Below are positions 24,212 through 35,252 of a stretch of DNA of 64,000 nt, piece after piece. Position 1 is the stretch's first letter, and each line of letters opens with the position of its first letter. A program made the translations under genes and the position numbers. Below the pieces are notes generated by a model, which was not told the origin of the DNA, made no database searches, and saw nothing but the letters and a program-made list of their open reading frames with translations. The DNA lies in NCBI GenBank assembly GCA_046563655.1, contig CM102285.1, forward strand, positions 7,502,001 to 7,566,000, written 5' to 3'. The DNA comes from Yuukianura sp. NJ FZ-2021 (Eukaryota).

Positions 24212-25830
24212 AGTTAGACCCAAAGTGCCGGAGAAAGCACAGGGGCATTACCCCTCCCCACGCCGCCATTGTCGTTAAAGCGACAGATGCCATGATGGTC
24301 GCCATTGCAGTCGTTGTTGCTCGGCGACTGGTAGTGACGACTACCCCTCCATCCCTTCCCCTACATCCCTTCATCATCCCACCGATGGACCCGTCAGAGG
24401 TCAAGGTCGTTCTAGCCTTGTCTAGAATGGAGAAAGTGGTTGATTTCATTTTTGATTTTATTTTCGTGCATATGGCTGTGGATGGGGTTGCCTAACGTGG
24501 GGAGAATGGTTTATTGCATTTCTGATTCTATTTTCGTGTATATGGCTATGGATGTGGACATTGATGACCAGGTCAAAGGTCAAAGTCCTTCTCCACTTGT
24601 ATAGGATGGAGAAAGTTGTTGATTTCATTTTTGATTTTATTTTCATGCATATGGCTGTGGATGCGGACATTGGTGACCATGTCAAAGGTCAAGGTCGTTC
24701 TAGCCGTTTAACTTTTCTTTACTTTTGCTGCATCGCCGCCATTTTCGCCTGAAGAGTAGTTGCCAATTAGCAATCCTTGTGTTGTAGTGACTGGTTTGAT
24801 TTAAAATAGTACACAGTGAAAGGAGTTGTATTGGTGAAAGGGAATGGGACTAGGTGAAACCGGTTTTGTCCCATTGCATTTGAACAACTTCTCACCTTTT
24901 CCGTAGCTGGAGTGAGAAAGGGAGCCCTTGGTCATAGTAAATCCAGGTGAAGGGCTGGATTTTGTTTATCGTCAGTGAAATATAGTAGTTTGTTTTGTAT
25001 AAGTTTGTGTATGACATGGCGGTTACGTTTTTATTTTAACCCCGTAGATTCAACATTTCATTGTAATTCCTCTGCTGTACTGTTTTGTTTGCTCCAAAAT
25101 AGTGTAAAGTGAAAGGAGTTGTATTCGAGAACTCGGTGTGACAGAGGGGAACCTGTTTTGCGCAATTGCATTTGAATATCTCTCTTACCCTTTTCGAAAC
25201 TGGAGGGGAGAAGGGAGACCCTTGTCCTAATAAACGCAGGTGAGGGGACTTGATCCTTTATTAATTCTCTGCAGGAAGTGGAAGTGAGGGTTGAAATTGT
25301 TGGACAGGAGACCTTACGTGACAGGCCAATTGCATATGATCCAAGTAGGCTGTGAATATTTATCTATACGGACAGGTCTTCCGGATTTGTAGCTGTATTT
25401 TCAAATGGAACACGAGAAAAGTTTGATTTCCACTATGAAATACCGCAACAAAAAAACGCGGAACTAAGGCATTGGAAGGCTGCTGTGCTGTTGCATTACA
25501 CAAAAACCAGTCAAACCACTAAATCTCCCCTTACACTTCTTCATGCTTCTCCACAACAGTTTAATGGACGGGCTGCACTTTCTGAATTTGTGAAAGATTA
25601 TTACTGATCGACTACCAGAAAATCAAGAAATTAACGGTGCAAATCGAGGTAAAACGCTTCTAAACCTCCAAATACGTAATCGACACAACCAAATAAACGT
25701 AATTTTTTGCTCAATTTTGTAAGAATTGTCTCCGATTTCTAGCAAATTCTGAACTCTAAACTATTATTTCTGTTAGACTTTAGAAATGTTTTTACTATTC
25801 ACTTGAATGCTCCGATTTTTTTAGTATAAA
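24212..25830 (+). repeat. Left TIR of the mini-Polinton (~1.62 kb)
   Basis: Near-identical reverse complement of ~28383-30004, with a few substitutions and small indels (two of ~8 bp). Confidence 0.95.
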
Positions 25831-26097
25831 AAGTACAAAATTTGAACATTTTACTCCAACTAGTCGCTAAATTTAAAAAAAAAGCTCTGAGAAACACTGT
25901 TAAATTTGTCGAATTTTACACGTTTGCCTTTTTATTTATCCACAATTGCTCCGCGAAGCGATAATTAACAGTTTCAATTTAACCGAATTACGGGAAAAGT
26001 AGCTTTTTAAAACAATATACTACCGTTAAAGTCAATACCGCAGAAAAAGAGGTTGTGACAAAAGAAATTCTAGCCACTCGCCCCATTTTTTTGTAAC

Positions 26098-27417
26098 TTA
26101 AAATTTTTGCAGCTTCCTTTGAGGAGTATGTACTGTTCCAAACCGATCAATTTCCAGTTCTGCGTCTTGGATAGCCACGATTACGGCAGCCATTTGATCG
26201 GTCGTGTCCTTGTCAAAGCCAAACTCCAGTCGTAATGTTCCTGGGCGCATCACCGTATTCGTGTCGCAGTCAAAAGTGTTAATTTCAAAGACAAAAAGGG
26301 CGTTTCCGTCCAGGAATTCTGCATACGAAATGCCATTTCCTCCCACTTTTGTTGGCATAATCTTGCACAGCGTGTTGTATGCCATCATGTACTGCTTGTC
26401 TTTAAATATCATTTCCGGGTATACAATGGGATTTCCATTCAGAGTCAGTTTGATACTGTTTACTCCGTTTGGAAAAAAGTGAAACGGCGACTTGTGTATG
26501 GTTCCGTTCATAGCATCGAGCGTAGTCAAACCAATGCATAAGAGCCTTGGAGTTTGCTGGAGGCAAGCTTCAATAAGGACGTTTTTCATTCCTGGTGGCA
26601 ACATGCAAGCTCGAGACGTAACGTTGTCGAAACTGTAGCAAAATTTCCGTTTCTGTGCCAATCCTTTTCGATGTTCTGCTATAATTTTGGGGTTGACGAT
26701 TACTTTTCTGACAAAAAACTGTGCTTCTTCTACTCGAATAATGTACTTTTGAGGTTCAGTCCCCTCTGCTGTGGCGACAGCTGGGCCGCGTAGGCAAAAT
26801 TCTGGCGTGCTCCGTCTGAGTTCAATTGAAAACTTTGTGTCCGGTGGGAACAACTTTTCAATTGTAAAGATTCCCTGCAGCAGTTTTCCAATCATTTCAA
26901 ATGATTTGCTTCCTTTGGCGAGCTCCAGCCTTGCCTTGTAGCTCTTGTTGTTGTCGGAAAAGTCGCCTGGCTTGTCGCCTGGAAAGTAAATTTCCTTGGA
27001 CATGATGCTTGACTTTGTTCCGAGTCCATTTTGAAGCTGCGAAAGTACCCAAGCTTCAAATGGGTACATGCTGCTGTTTGATGTAACATTGGTTCCATCG
27101 AGAAATAATGCCACATTGTTGATGAAAGAATGGAAAAATAAATTTTCGGGAGCAATCTTGTCCTGGTCAGTCAGAACTGATCCGTCTGCTCTGCGAATGT
27201 TGACCAAAAATCGAAAGAACGAGTCAGACAAATCAACGTATTCTTTTGTAGTATACAGGAATTGTAGTGAACAGTCGTTGAACTGGGTGAGGCCAGCCGC
27301 GTCAATACGTATGTAATTGTCCAACATGAACGATACATCCGTATTTGTAGCCTGAAACAGGTCCACTTTCGGGTGGCCAATGACAGGCTTTGAGTCGGCA
27401 AATGCTTCAATTTCCAT
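26098..27417 (-). CDS. Polinton/Maverick double-jelly-roll major capsid protein (hexon-like, F54H12.2-like family), 439 aa
   Basis: ACC-ATG-G start; intronless and intact; motif order VDLF..T..S, EYVDLSDS, APENLFFHSFINNVALFLDG, MYPFEAWV..L..G...K, FEMIGKL..IF..EKL, ELRRS..FCL, PR..IG, SPFHF, GNGISY.EF..GNALFVF, GTLRLE..F, LEID matches the Polinton MCP pattern as I recall it. Confidence 0.85.
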   Translation of the reverse strand: MEIEAFADSKPVIGHPKVDLFQATNTDVSFMLDNYIRIDAAGLTQFNDCSLQFLYTTKEYVDLSDSFFRFLVNIRRADGSVLTDQDKIAPENLFFHSFINNVALFLDGTNVTSNSSMYPFEAWVLSQLQNGLGTKSSIMSKEIYFPGDKPGDFSDNNKSYKARLELAKGSKSFEMIGKLLQGIFTIEKLFPPDTKFSIELRRSTPEFCLRGPAVATAEGTEPQKYIIRVEEAQFFVRKVIVNPKIIAEHRKGLAQKRKFCYSFDNVTSRACMLPPGMKNVLIEACLQQTPRLLCIGLTTLDAMNGTIHKSPFHFFPNGVNSIKLTLNGNPIVYPEMIFKDKQYMMAYNTLCKIMPTKVGGNGISYAEFLDGNALFVFEINTFDCDTNTVMRPGTLRLEFGFDKDTTDQMAAVIVAIQDAELEIDRFGTVHTPQRKLQKF

Positions 27418-27559
27418 GGTGAATCGGTGGAATGCCGCGGAAATACTGTTTCTCACTTTAGTTTTGAGTAAGAAATGAAACTTGAAGCCTAGGCGCGATA
27501 GAAACACAACCGTGTGGGTCAAAATCTGGGAGTCAACTGAAATTTCTCAGCTTTTTGCA

Positions 27560-27940
27560 TTAGCTTTTTCCGAAACTTCCCCTTGGTGATTTACTTTTTA
27601 AGATTCTGCCACCTCCCGTCTGAACTTTGCGGCGTTTTTTCGTCTTTTTTGGCTTGACGTTTGAATCTCCATGGTCTTGATTCTGATAAACTATTGGTTC
27701 CGACTTGATTTGGGCCGGTTTTTTCCTCTTCAAAGTGGCAAAATGGCCGCCGGGTTGTTTCAATCGCGTAGCTTTAGGTTCATTATGAACCACTAAACCT
27801 CCTCCGTCCTGACTTTCTTCTGATTCTGTTTGAAAACGTACGTCCTCTTCTGATTTTTTTTGTGTTTTACGTAACTTTTTGCGAAATTTGGGGGAATCTA
27901 CAGTGTCCGCACCGACGTCCGTGTCCAATTTTCCTTTCAT
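27560..27940 (-). CDS. Small Lys/Arg-rich protein (126 aa), putative virion core/DNA-condensing protein
   Basis: ATG at 27940, directly upstream of and co-oriented with the MCP; basic tracts (KFRKKLRK, KPKKTKKRRK); QDGGGL, QPGGHF and QTGGGR motifs. Confidence 0.6.
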   Translation of the reverse strand: MKGKLDTDVGADTVDSPKFRKKLRKTQKKSEEDVRFQTESEESQDGGGLVVHNEPKATRLKQPGGHFATLKRKKPAQIKSEPIVYQNQDHGDSNVKPKKTKKRRKVQTGGGRILKSKSPRGSFGKS

Positions 27941-28382
27941 AATGCAAGTTTTAGCGAAAAATTCGAAATATGAAACAAAAAAACTCGACAAAATGCGTGT
28001 GAACCAGTCAAATTCTGAAACAAAACTGCCACAAATTTTGTTTTAACGGCAATGAATCATTCATTTCCTCAGCATTTAAATTTTTACACGTTTCGTAAGA
28101 ATATCTTGCTTCACAAGGTACTAATTCTGCAGTTACACTGCGAAAAATGCATCAGCATTGTCTGTACATTGCGTCTGAGGGATTAAAATCAGAACCTAAA
28201 CGCCATCTGACACAACAAGACTTATGATACAAGCAATCTATACGCTCGAAAGTAGCGAAATACGAGGGTGAGGTTTCCCCTCAGGCTTTGAAAAGTGGGA
28301 AGAAACTATTGAAATAAAATGAAATCAACGACTTGTGTCATGCTATGGCAGGCTAAAACGACCTTGACCTTGCTTTAATGCA

Positions 28383-30004
28383 TTTTATAGTAAAAAAAAA
28401 ATCAGAGCATTCAAGTGAATAGTAAAAACATTTCTAAAGTCTAACAGAAATGATAGTTTAGAGTTCAGAATTTGCTAGAAATCGGAGACAATTCTTACAA
28501 AATTGAGCAAAAAATTACGTTTATTTGGTTGTGTCGATTATGTATTTGGAGGTTTAGAAGCGTTTTACCTCGATTTTAACTTTTGCACCGTTAATTTCTT
28601 GATTTTCTGGTAGTCGATCAGTAATAATCTTTCACAAATTCAGAAAGTGCAGCCCTTCCATTAAACTGTTGTGGAGAAGCATGAAGAAGTGTAAGGGGAG
28701 ATTTAGTGGTTTGACTGGTTTTTGTGTAATGCAACAGCACAGCAGCCTTCCAATGCCTTAGTTCCGCGTTTTTTTGTTGCGGTATTTCATAGTGGAAATC
28801 AAACTTTTCTCTTGTTCCATTTGAAAATACAGCTACAAATCCGGAAGACCTGTCCGTATAGATAAATATTCACAGCCTACTTGGATCATATGCAATTGGC
28901 CTGTCACGTAAGGTCTCCTGTCCAAACCCTCACTTCCACTTCCTGCAGAGAATTAATAAAGGATCAAGTCCCCTCACCTGCGTTTATTAGGACAAGGGGC
29001 TCCCTTCTCCCCTCCAGTTTCGAAAAGGGTAAGAGAGATATTCAAATGCAATTGCGCAAAACAGGTTCCCCTCTGTCACACCGAGTTCTCGAATACAACT
29101 CCTTTCACTTTACACTATTTTGGAGCAAACAAAACAGTACAGCAGAGGAATTACAATGAAATGTTGAATCTACGGGGTTAAAATAAAAACGTAACCGCCA
29201 TGTCATACACAAACTTATACAAAACAAACTACTATATTTCACTGACGATAAACAAAATCCAGCCCTTCACCTGGATTTACTATGACCAAGGGCTCCCTTT
29301 CTCACTCCAGCTACGGAAAAGGTGAGAAGTTGTTCAAATGCAATGGGACAAAACCGGTTTCACCTAGTCCCATTCCCTTTCACCAATACAACTCCTTTCA
29401 CTGTGTACTATTTTAATCAAACCAGTCACTACAACACAAGGATTGCTAATTGGCAACTACTCTTCAGGCGAAAATGGCGGCGATGCAGCAAAAGTAAAGA
29501 AAAGTTAAACGGCTAGAACGACCTTGACCTTTGACATGGTCACCAATGTCCGCATCCACAGCCATATGCATGAAAATAAAATCAAAAATGAAATCAACAA
29601 CTTTCTCCATCCTATACAAGTGGAGAAGGACTTTGACCTTTGACCTGGTCATCAATGTCCACATCCATAGCCATATACACGAAAATAGAATCAGAAATGC
29701 AATAAACCATTCTCCCCACGTTAGGCAACCCCATCCACAGCCATATGCACGAAAATAAAATCAAAAATGAAATCAACCACTTTCTCCATTCTAGACAAGG
29801 CTAGAACGACCTTGACCTCTGACGGGTCCATCGGTGGGATGATGAAGGGATGTAGGGGAAGGGATGGAGGGGTAGTCGTCACAGCCAGTCGCCGAGCAAC
29901 AACAACTGCAATGGCGACCATCATGGCATCTGTCGTTTTAACGACAATGGCGGCGTGGGGAGGGGTAATGCCCCTGACATTTCTCCGGCACTTTGGGTCT
30001 AACT
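28383..30004 (-). repeat. Right TIR of the mini-Polinton (~1.62 kb)
   Basis: Mirror ORFs in the track (24458-24685/29531-29758; 24552-24752/29464-29664) have identical translations. Confidence 0.95.
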
Positions 30005-31299
30005 GGCGTGTCAAGATTAAATTTGATGGTGTGGAAGTTGATTGATATTGATCACGTATTCCTTCAATGCTGATTTTAGTTACGGGGTGTTTAATATTCC
30101 AACCTTAACTTAGTATGGTTGACTTAAGCTAACTTTTGGTTAACATGCTTGGGAAGTTTATAGTGTTTGATGGTTGGTTTTTAAAAGAACTGTGACCAAA
30201 TGGATTAGAGATTTGGACAAGCCTGTTCCTGTCGTGGGCATTTTTGGATTGGATTTGAATGATTTGTAAGATGGAGACAGAGATAAACCGTGGAATGACG
30301 AAGACGAAGAGTATGGTTTAGGATCTGTGCAGATCTTGAGCATCATATCTCTAGAGAACAATGAAATGTAACTGTGTCTACATCAGGAAGTGTCTTCCCT
30401 GTTACAAGATGTAGGAAGGATATGGAGAGGGGAAAGGCGATGAGAATGATCAATTGCGGAGCAAAGTGCATCATAAAAGTGTCATTGTCATTCTATCCAG
30501 TCTTCGAAAGGGAGACGAAGGGTTTTCTACTACCACTTTCTCCAAATTCCCCAGAAAATTGGCTGTAAAGCTCCTAATTCACGGAATCATAATTTCTTTT
30601 TCGAAGTTACGACATTATTCTGTTCGTTCGGGGAAAGTGCGCCAAGGAGGAGAGCTTCTCCTCCTCATCTCAATTTTAAATTGACTAAACTTTCTTTAAA
30701 AAGTTTTTTTTAATCTATTTGCCATTCCTACTTCAAATCCAAATTGAAAATTAGCTACATAGTTTGTTTCTAGTTCGATTCATCCATGTTCTAGTTTTGC
30801 TGGGTTCCATGCCATTTCGCCGAATCATTTACTACGAAGCGCATTTCGACGAATGAATTTCGTCGAAACGAATTAGTACGAAAGTCGATTTACTACGAAA
30901 TGTACTTTCCTTCGAAATCGAACTACAACGAAACGAATTACTACGAAAGTCGCTTTACTACGAAAGTTAGATTACTGCGAAAGTCGCTTTACTACGAAAC
31001 TTGAATTACTACGAAAGTTAAATTACTACGAAGTGGAATTACTACGAAAGTTAAATTACTACGACCTAACGTTAAATTTAACGTTTAATAGAAATTGTTA
31101 ATTTGAAAGAAGATGAAAAGAAGCAAAAAGCATAAAAATAGGTTAACACGTGAGTTAAAGTTTCTTACTATCCTCAATGAGCAAGGGTAGCGAACTGGCT
31201 ATGTGTCCGAGTGTGTTGGGCATTGGCGTATGTTAAATCCCTGGTTGGTTGATTTTTGTGAGTGATTTTTTAAGTGATTTTAAAACTGGTGTTCAAAAT

Positions 31300-31461
31300 C
31301 CCTTCGTAGCATGCATGGCTGGCACTGCTGCTGAACCGCGCAGGAAAAAATATCGCGACCTGGAATTCCGCCTCCTCAAAATTATTGAAGATTTTGGGAA
31401 CATTCCCGCCTCGGATTATCTTTTAGGAATTATTGCGCACAACATAGGGTTCTATGTTTAG
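31300..31461 (+). pseudogene. C-terminal relic of a MULE transposase
   Basis: PRRKKYRDLEFRLLKIIEDF...DYLLGIIAHNI resembles the RKKY...YL.GIAHN tail of animal MULE transposases. Confidence 0.65.
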
Positions 31462-31499
31462 ATTAAGTTTAGGTAGTTTTGATTTTGATGGTTATGTGT

Positions 31500-31620
31500 T
31501 AGTTTTTAGTCTTCTCGAGACGCATGTCTACGACATGCTGAAGAAGACTATTGATACGACTTTGTCCGTCTGTCTGTCTGTCTGTCTGTCTGTCACGTTT
31601 TTTAGGACTCATTTCACTGA
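31500..31620 (+). mobile_element. DINE-1/Helentron-like fragment with a CTGT microsatellite
   Basis: GTCCGT(CTGT)6 tract at ~31564-31594 preceded by a short stem-loop-like region. Confidence 0.4.
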
Positions 31621-33029
31621 AACATACGAAGTTTTGATCTGGTCATTTTCTGACAGTTAGTTTAATTACGTTGTTAAATTAAGCCTAGTTAGAGGGTAGA
31701 AATTACGGCTTGAATTCGTAATACGTAAACGGTGCTTGGCAGGGTTCTAATTTGCCTTTGTGAGAAATTTTTATAATTTTGAATTTAAACAACCGATTTT
31801 CGGCTCAATAACTTATGCACTTAATTTAACACACTGTGCATTTTCATTAACCGATTTGGATTTAAAAGAAGTTATATTCGACCCATCCTCCTCAGCGTTC
31901 AATTTTGTGCATCATGCCATGCACAAAGCTCAACTTCGATATCATTATTTTGATGCCGTTTGGTGTACTCTCTTTTCGCTAATAGTACATTGCCATGGCA
32001 ACAGCGATTTTGCAGAATTGTGCATGTTAGCAAATTAAGAGCATCAATCAAGAACCATATTCGACCCCTTCTCTTAAACGTTCAATTTTGTGCATTTGGT
32101 GCACAACAAATTAACAACATCAATTCAGTGCAGATGTTTTCGGCCTCAAAACTTTAACATGATTTTCGTTCAACTTAACGGTAAAAATGCCAATACAATT
32201 TTGGTGCAACTCATGCACAAAGTAGGATCTCACATTCGCAATGAAAATGTTCAGTAACGTTTTAAAACTTCATTTTCATGAAAACGGTTTCTCAGTTCGT
32301 CCACAGTTTTGCGGTAGGCCGGTCTAAAAGCCGTATCAATTGCCAACTCCCTCCAGAAGACCAATGCTCAACCCTTGAGCATTGCCCTACCTTGTTTTTT
32401 GTTACACAGCATAATTTTCCAAATAGTTTTAGTTTTTTTGTTACTCAAAATAATTTTTTCAAAAGCTCTTTGACAAAAGTTCTGTACGTCCGTTTTCAAA
32501 ATAAAGATTTACATATTAGAGAGTAATTACAAACCGAAATATAGAGCGAAATATAGAATATAAATATAGATTCTATATTTATATTCTATATTTTGAAATA
32601 TGGAAAAGCTACGCTGATTGCACAATTTATACAAAAAATTATAAATATAAGTTACACGAACTTCAAACTCTTGAGTATTGTTTACACCCGCCAATGCAGA
32701 CTGCGCTAGCAAAGTGAGGAAAGTTAATGTCGCGAAGGCATCGAAACGCAGGGTCACCAGCTGAAATGTCGCCAAAAGCTAGCGTAAAAATTATTAGGAA
32801 TTAAGAAAACACCGAAGTAACATTGTTACGGCTGGAAAGTGTGTCTAAAATTCTGTCACTTGACGACATTTGTGACACTGATCATTTGGCGAGATTTGTC
32901 GGCCGACATATTTTTGTAACATTTTATTTGTCGAATTTCTGCTTGGTCACTTTAAGTCTTATCTGACGAAATTTCTGACGGCGACATTCAAATTGGCGAC
33001 ATTCGTCATTCCGGCTTTCGAATGAGTTG

Positions 33030-33232
33030 TCACCTGCCTGTGTTTGGTATGATTTTGTGAGGTCATCGCGCTAGGTCAAGGGTCAAAGGTCACGGGTCAA
33101 GATGTGACATAGCCTATTCTTTGCGGGTTGACCTCACGAAGAAAAGGACAAATCCCTTGTCCAAATCGCTTCAGTAGTTTTGGAGGAGTAGTGGAACACA
33201 GAGATAAACAGTCTCGATTTTATATAAACAGA
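33030..33232 (-). mobile_element. Helitron-like 5' end fragment
   Basis: - strand reads A|TCTGTTTATATAAAATCGAGACTGTTTATCTCTGTGTTCC...ACTACTGAAGCGATTTG, resembling insect non-autonomous Helitron starts. Confidence 0.4.
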
Positions 33233-33599
33233 TTTTTTTTTATATATACTATATCAAGTATGACATCCAACATTATAATTAAACCTAACCTTTAATTTCA
33301 TCCGTGATAACATTCACGTATGTGTGCCACCACATTCAGGTGGTGGCACACTAACTTCAATATTAAGATTAGATTAACTACAAACCTAAAATTTTTCGAA
33401 ATATCGCAAGCATTTATATCTTAGTTCGACATGCACTATCTAAACTAACCCCAATAAAATTTAGGTAGCAAAGTTGCAAAGACACATTTATTATTTGGTT
33501 CAGTTATAGATTGCAATAGTGGATTAAAAGTAACATTCCCAGCAGTTTGAAATATACTGAACACCAGAAACAGTGTCACTTCATATCGAAATAGGCACA

Positions 33600-34235
33600 A
33601 TGGCTTGTACTAGTTGGGTTGGTTCCTTCCTCGCTCTTGTTATTGTATATTTAAATTCGGAAATAGCCAAGGGTCAAAATGAGCAATTTATTATTAAAAC
33701 ATTCACGAATGAATACTGGTGCTTGCACAGCGGACGCTGGGACAGTTACAACGGAGTAATGACTATCAGCGTCTGTGAAATGTAAGGCTATAACTTTGTT
33801 ATTTATGTTCAAAATGATGCATTATGTGTAAACTTTGATAGAAATGGTTTATTGGTTTAGAAATAAGTGTTTTAAATTGAATTGCTTAGTACGGACACCA
33901 AATACTTGGCACTGGACCTCATAACAGTTGCACCGGATGTTTTTGTCATTCGCTCATACTCACCTTTCCCGGGAACACCACATCCACCTGACCGCCTAAC
34001 GTGTTTCACAGCTCCATCTAATATTGGAAACTACGTTTACTTGGCCGTGACCTGCGACTATGGAAACCCAGCTCAACATTTTCAATTGGTTCAATCGGGG
34101 GGAGATGGAAAATTCATGATATGGAACAAATTGTACAACAATTGTCCACAAGCCAATTTTACTGAAGGCAAGCCACTTAGCTCAGCCTGCGATGCCGAGG
34201 AGCCACTTCAGTTGTGGACAATAGAGAAAATTTAG
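33600..34235 (+). CDS. Secreted ricin-B (beta-trefoil) lectin-like protein, 175 aa, 2 exons (33600-33781, 33890-34235)
   Basis: Hydrophobic signal peptide (VGSFLALVIVYLN..AKG/Q); 108-bp phase-2 GT-AG intron joins the two ORFs in frame; three Cys pairs with CDYGNPAQHF and CDAEEPLQLW (QxW-type) motifs; AATAAA at 34311. Confidence 0.75.
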
Positions 34236-34724
34236 TACGGTTATGCAATGCAAATATCAGATAACAATTATTGCCCAGCGGCTTGTTGTTATAATGTGCA
34301 AATGTAGTGGAATAAATTAAAGGAAAGGAATTAGAGAAATGGCAAAAACTACAATTTTAAGGAGACGTTTCACAGCAAGGACAGCAAGACAGCAATTAAA
34401 CATCATATCTTGTACGCTATCGATTTAGGCTGGGAATGGCAAGATTTGTTCATATTTCTCGACTCTACCTTTCTGCGGCCGATAAAGGAAATGATGGGAT
34501 TTTCACACTTTTTTACGATCAAAAAACAAAATTTCTTGAAGAAAAAAGCAACGCTGTTGTTACTAAAATTTAGAAATCCCTTTTTAAGTTCAGTAAAAAC
34601 TCCATTTTTCGAAGATTCTTTAGAACTTCGAAAATTTATGACTCATGTGCACATATAACATCCGCATTCTGAAACTTTTACCACGGACACGGCATCTCTG
34701 CGTTTGACAAAAGTTGTTGACATT

Positions 34725-35252
34725 AGACTAATTCGGATTTGGGACTGGGACTGGGCTTGTGGACTGTGTTACAACCTACAAGCTACAAGCTACAATCCAC
34801 GAGTCCAGACAAAACAGTTTCGGCTTTTCTAGATGGTGGACTGTGGACGGTAGAAATAATCGTGCTCACTTTGAATTTTAACAAGTATTACATATAATAT
34901 GACATATTTGAATAATATAATGGAGATTATTTAATTCATCATATCATTCAAAAATGTTATTGGAACTAGTGGTTGAATTAATTGTTATTGTACACATAAT
35001 TACCATTTTTTTAACCAAAAGTTATCGAATTACTATTGTTAGCAATTATTTGTTGTTGAAACCTAAATTGATCACAGCATTCCTCTCCGCTTTTTTGAAA
35101 ATCCAAAGCGGGAATGAGATTTCCACCGTCCAGTCCCTGAAAGAGACGTGTTTCAAAAAAATGAGGAAAAGATTCTCTCAGAGACTGTAGGGACGGTAGC
35201 TACCGTCCACCGTACAGTCCACCGTCCCAGTCTCTGAAATCCGAAAGACTCC
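34725..35252. mobile_element. Nested MITE (Harbinger-like) inside the MULE
   Basis: Imperfect TIRs ..TTCGGATTT..GACTGGGAC / GTCCCAGTC..AAATCCGAA, internal GTGGAC/GTCCAC repeats; exact ends uncertain. Confidence 0.5.

Larger units (their letters stand above)
24212..30004 (-). mobile_element. Miniature Polinton/Maverick (adintovirus-like) element, 5793 bp, structural genes only
   Basis: AGTTAG...CTAACT ends; perfect 6-bp TSD GGCGTG (24206-24211, 30005-30010); ~1.6-kb TIRs; Polinton-type major capsid ORF. Confidence 0.9.

Noticed and set aside
24049..24752. ORFs in the Polinton TIRs (and their mirror copies at 29464-30045)
   Set aside because: They arise from GC-rich and repeated TIR sequence, some cross the element boundary, and they show no protein-like signature.
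30830..31065. Regularly spaced TTACTACGAAA repeats resembling a CRISPR array
   Set aside because: Spacers are only a few bases and similar to each other, there are no cas genes, the context is eukaryotic, and the array is mirrored at ~35290-35415 as a MULE TIR.
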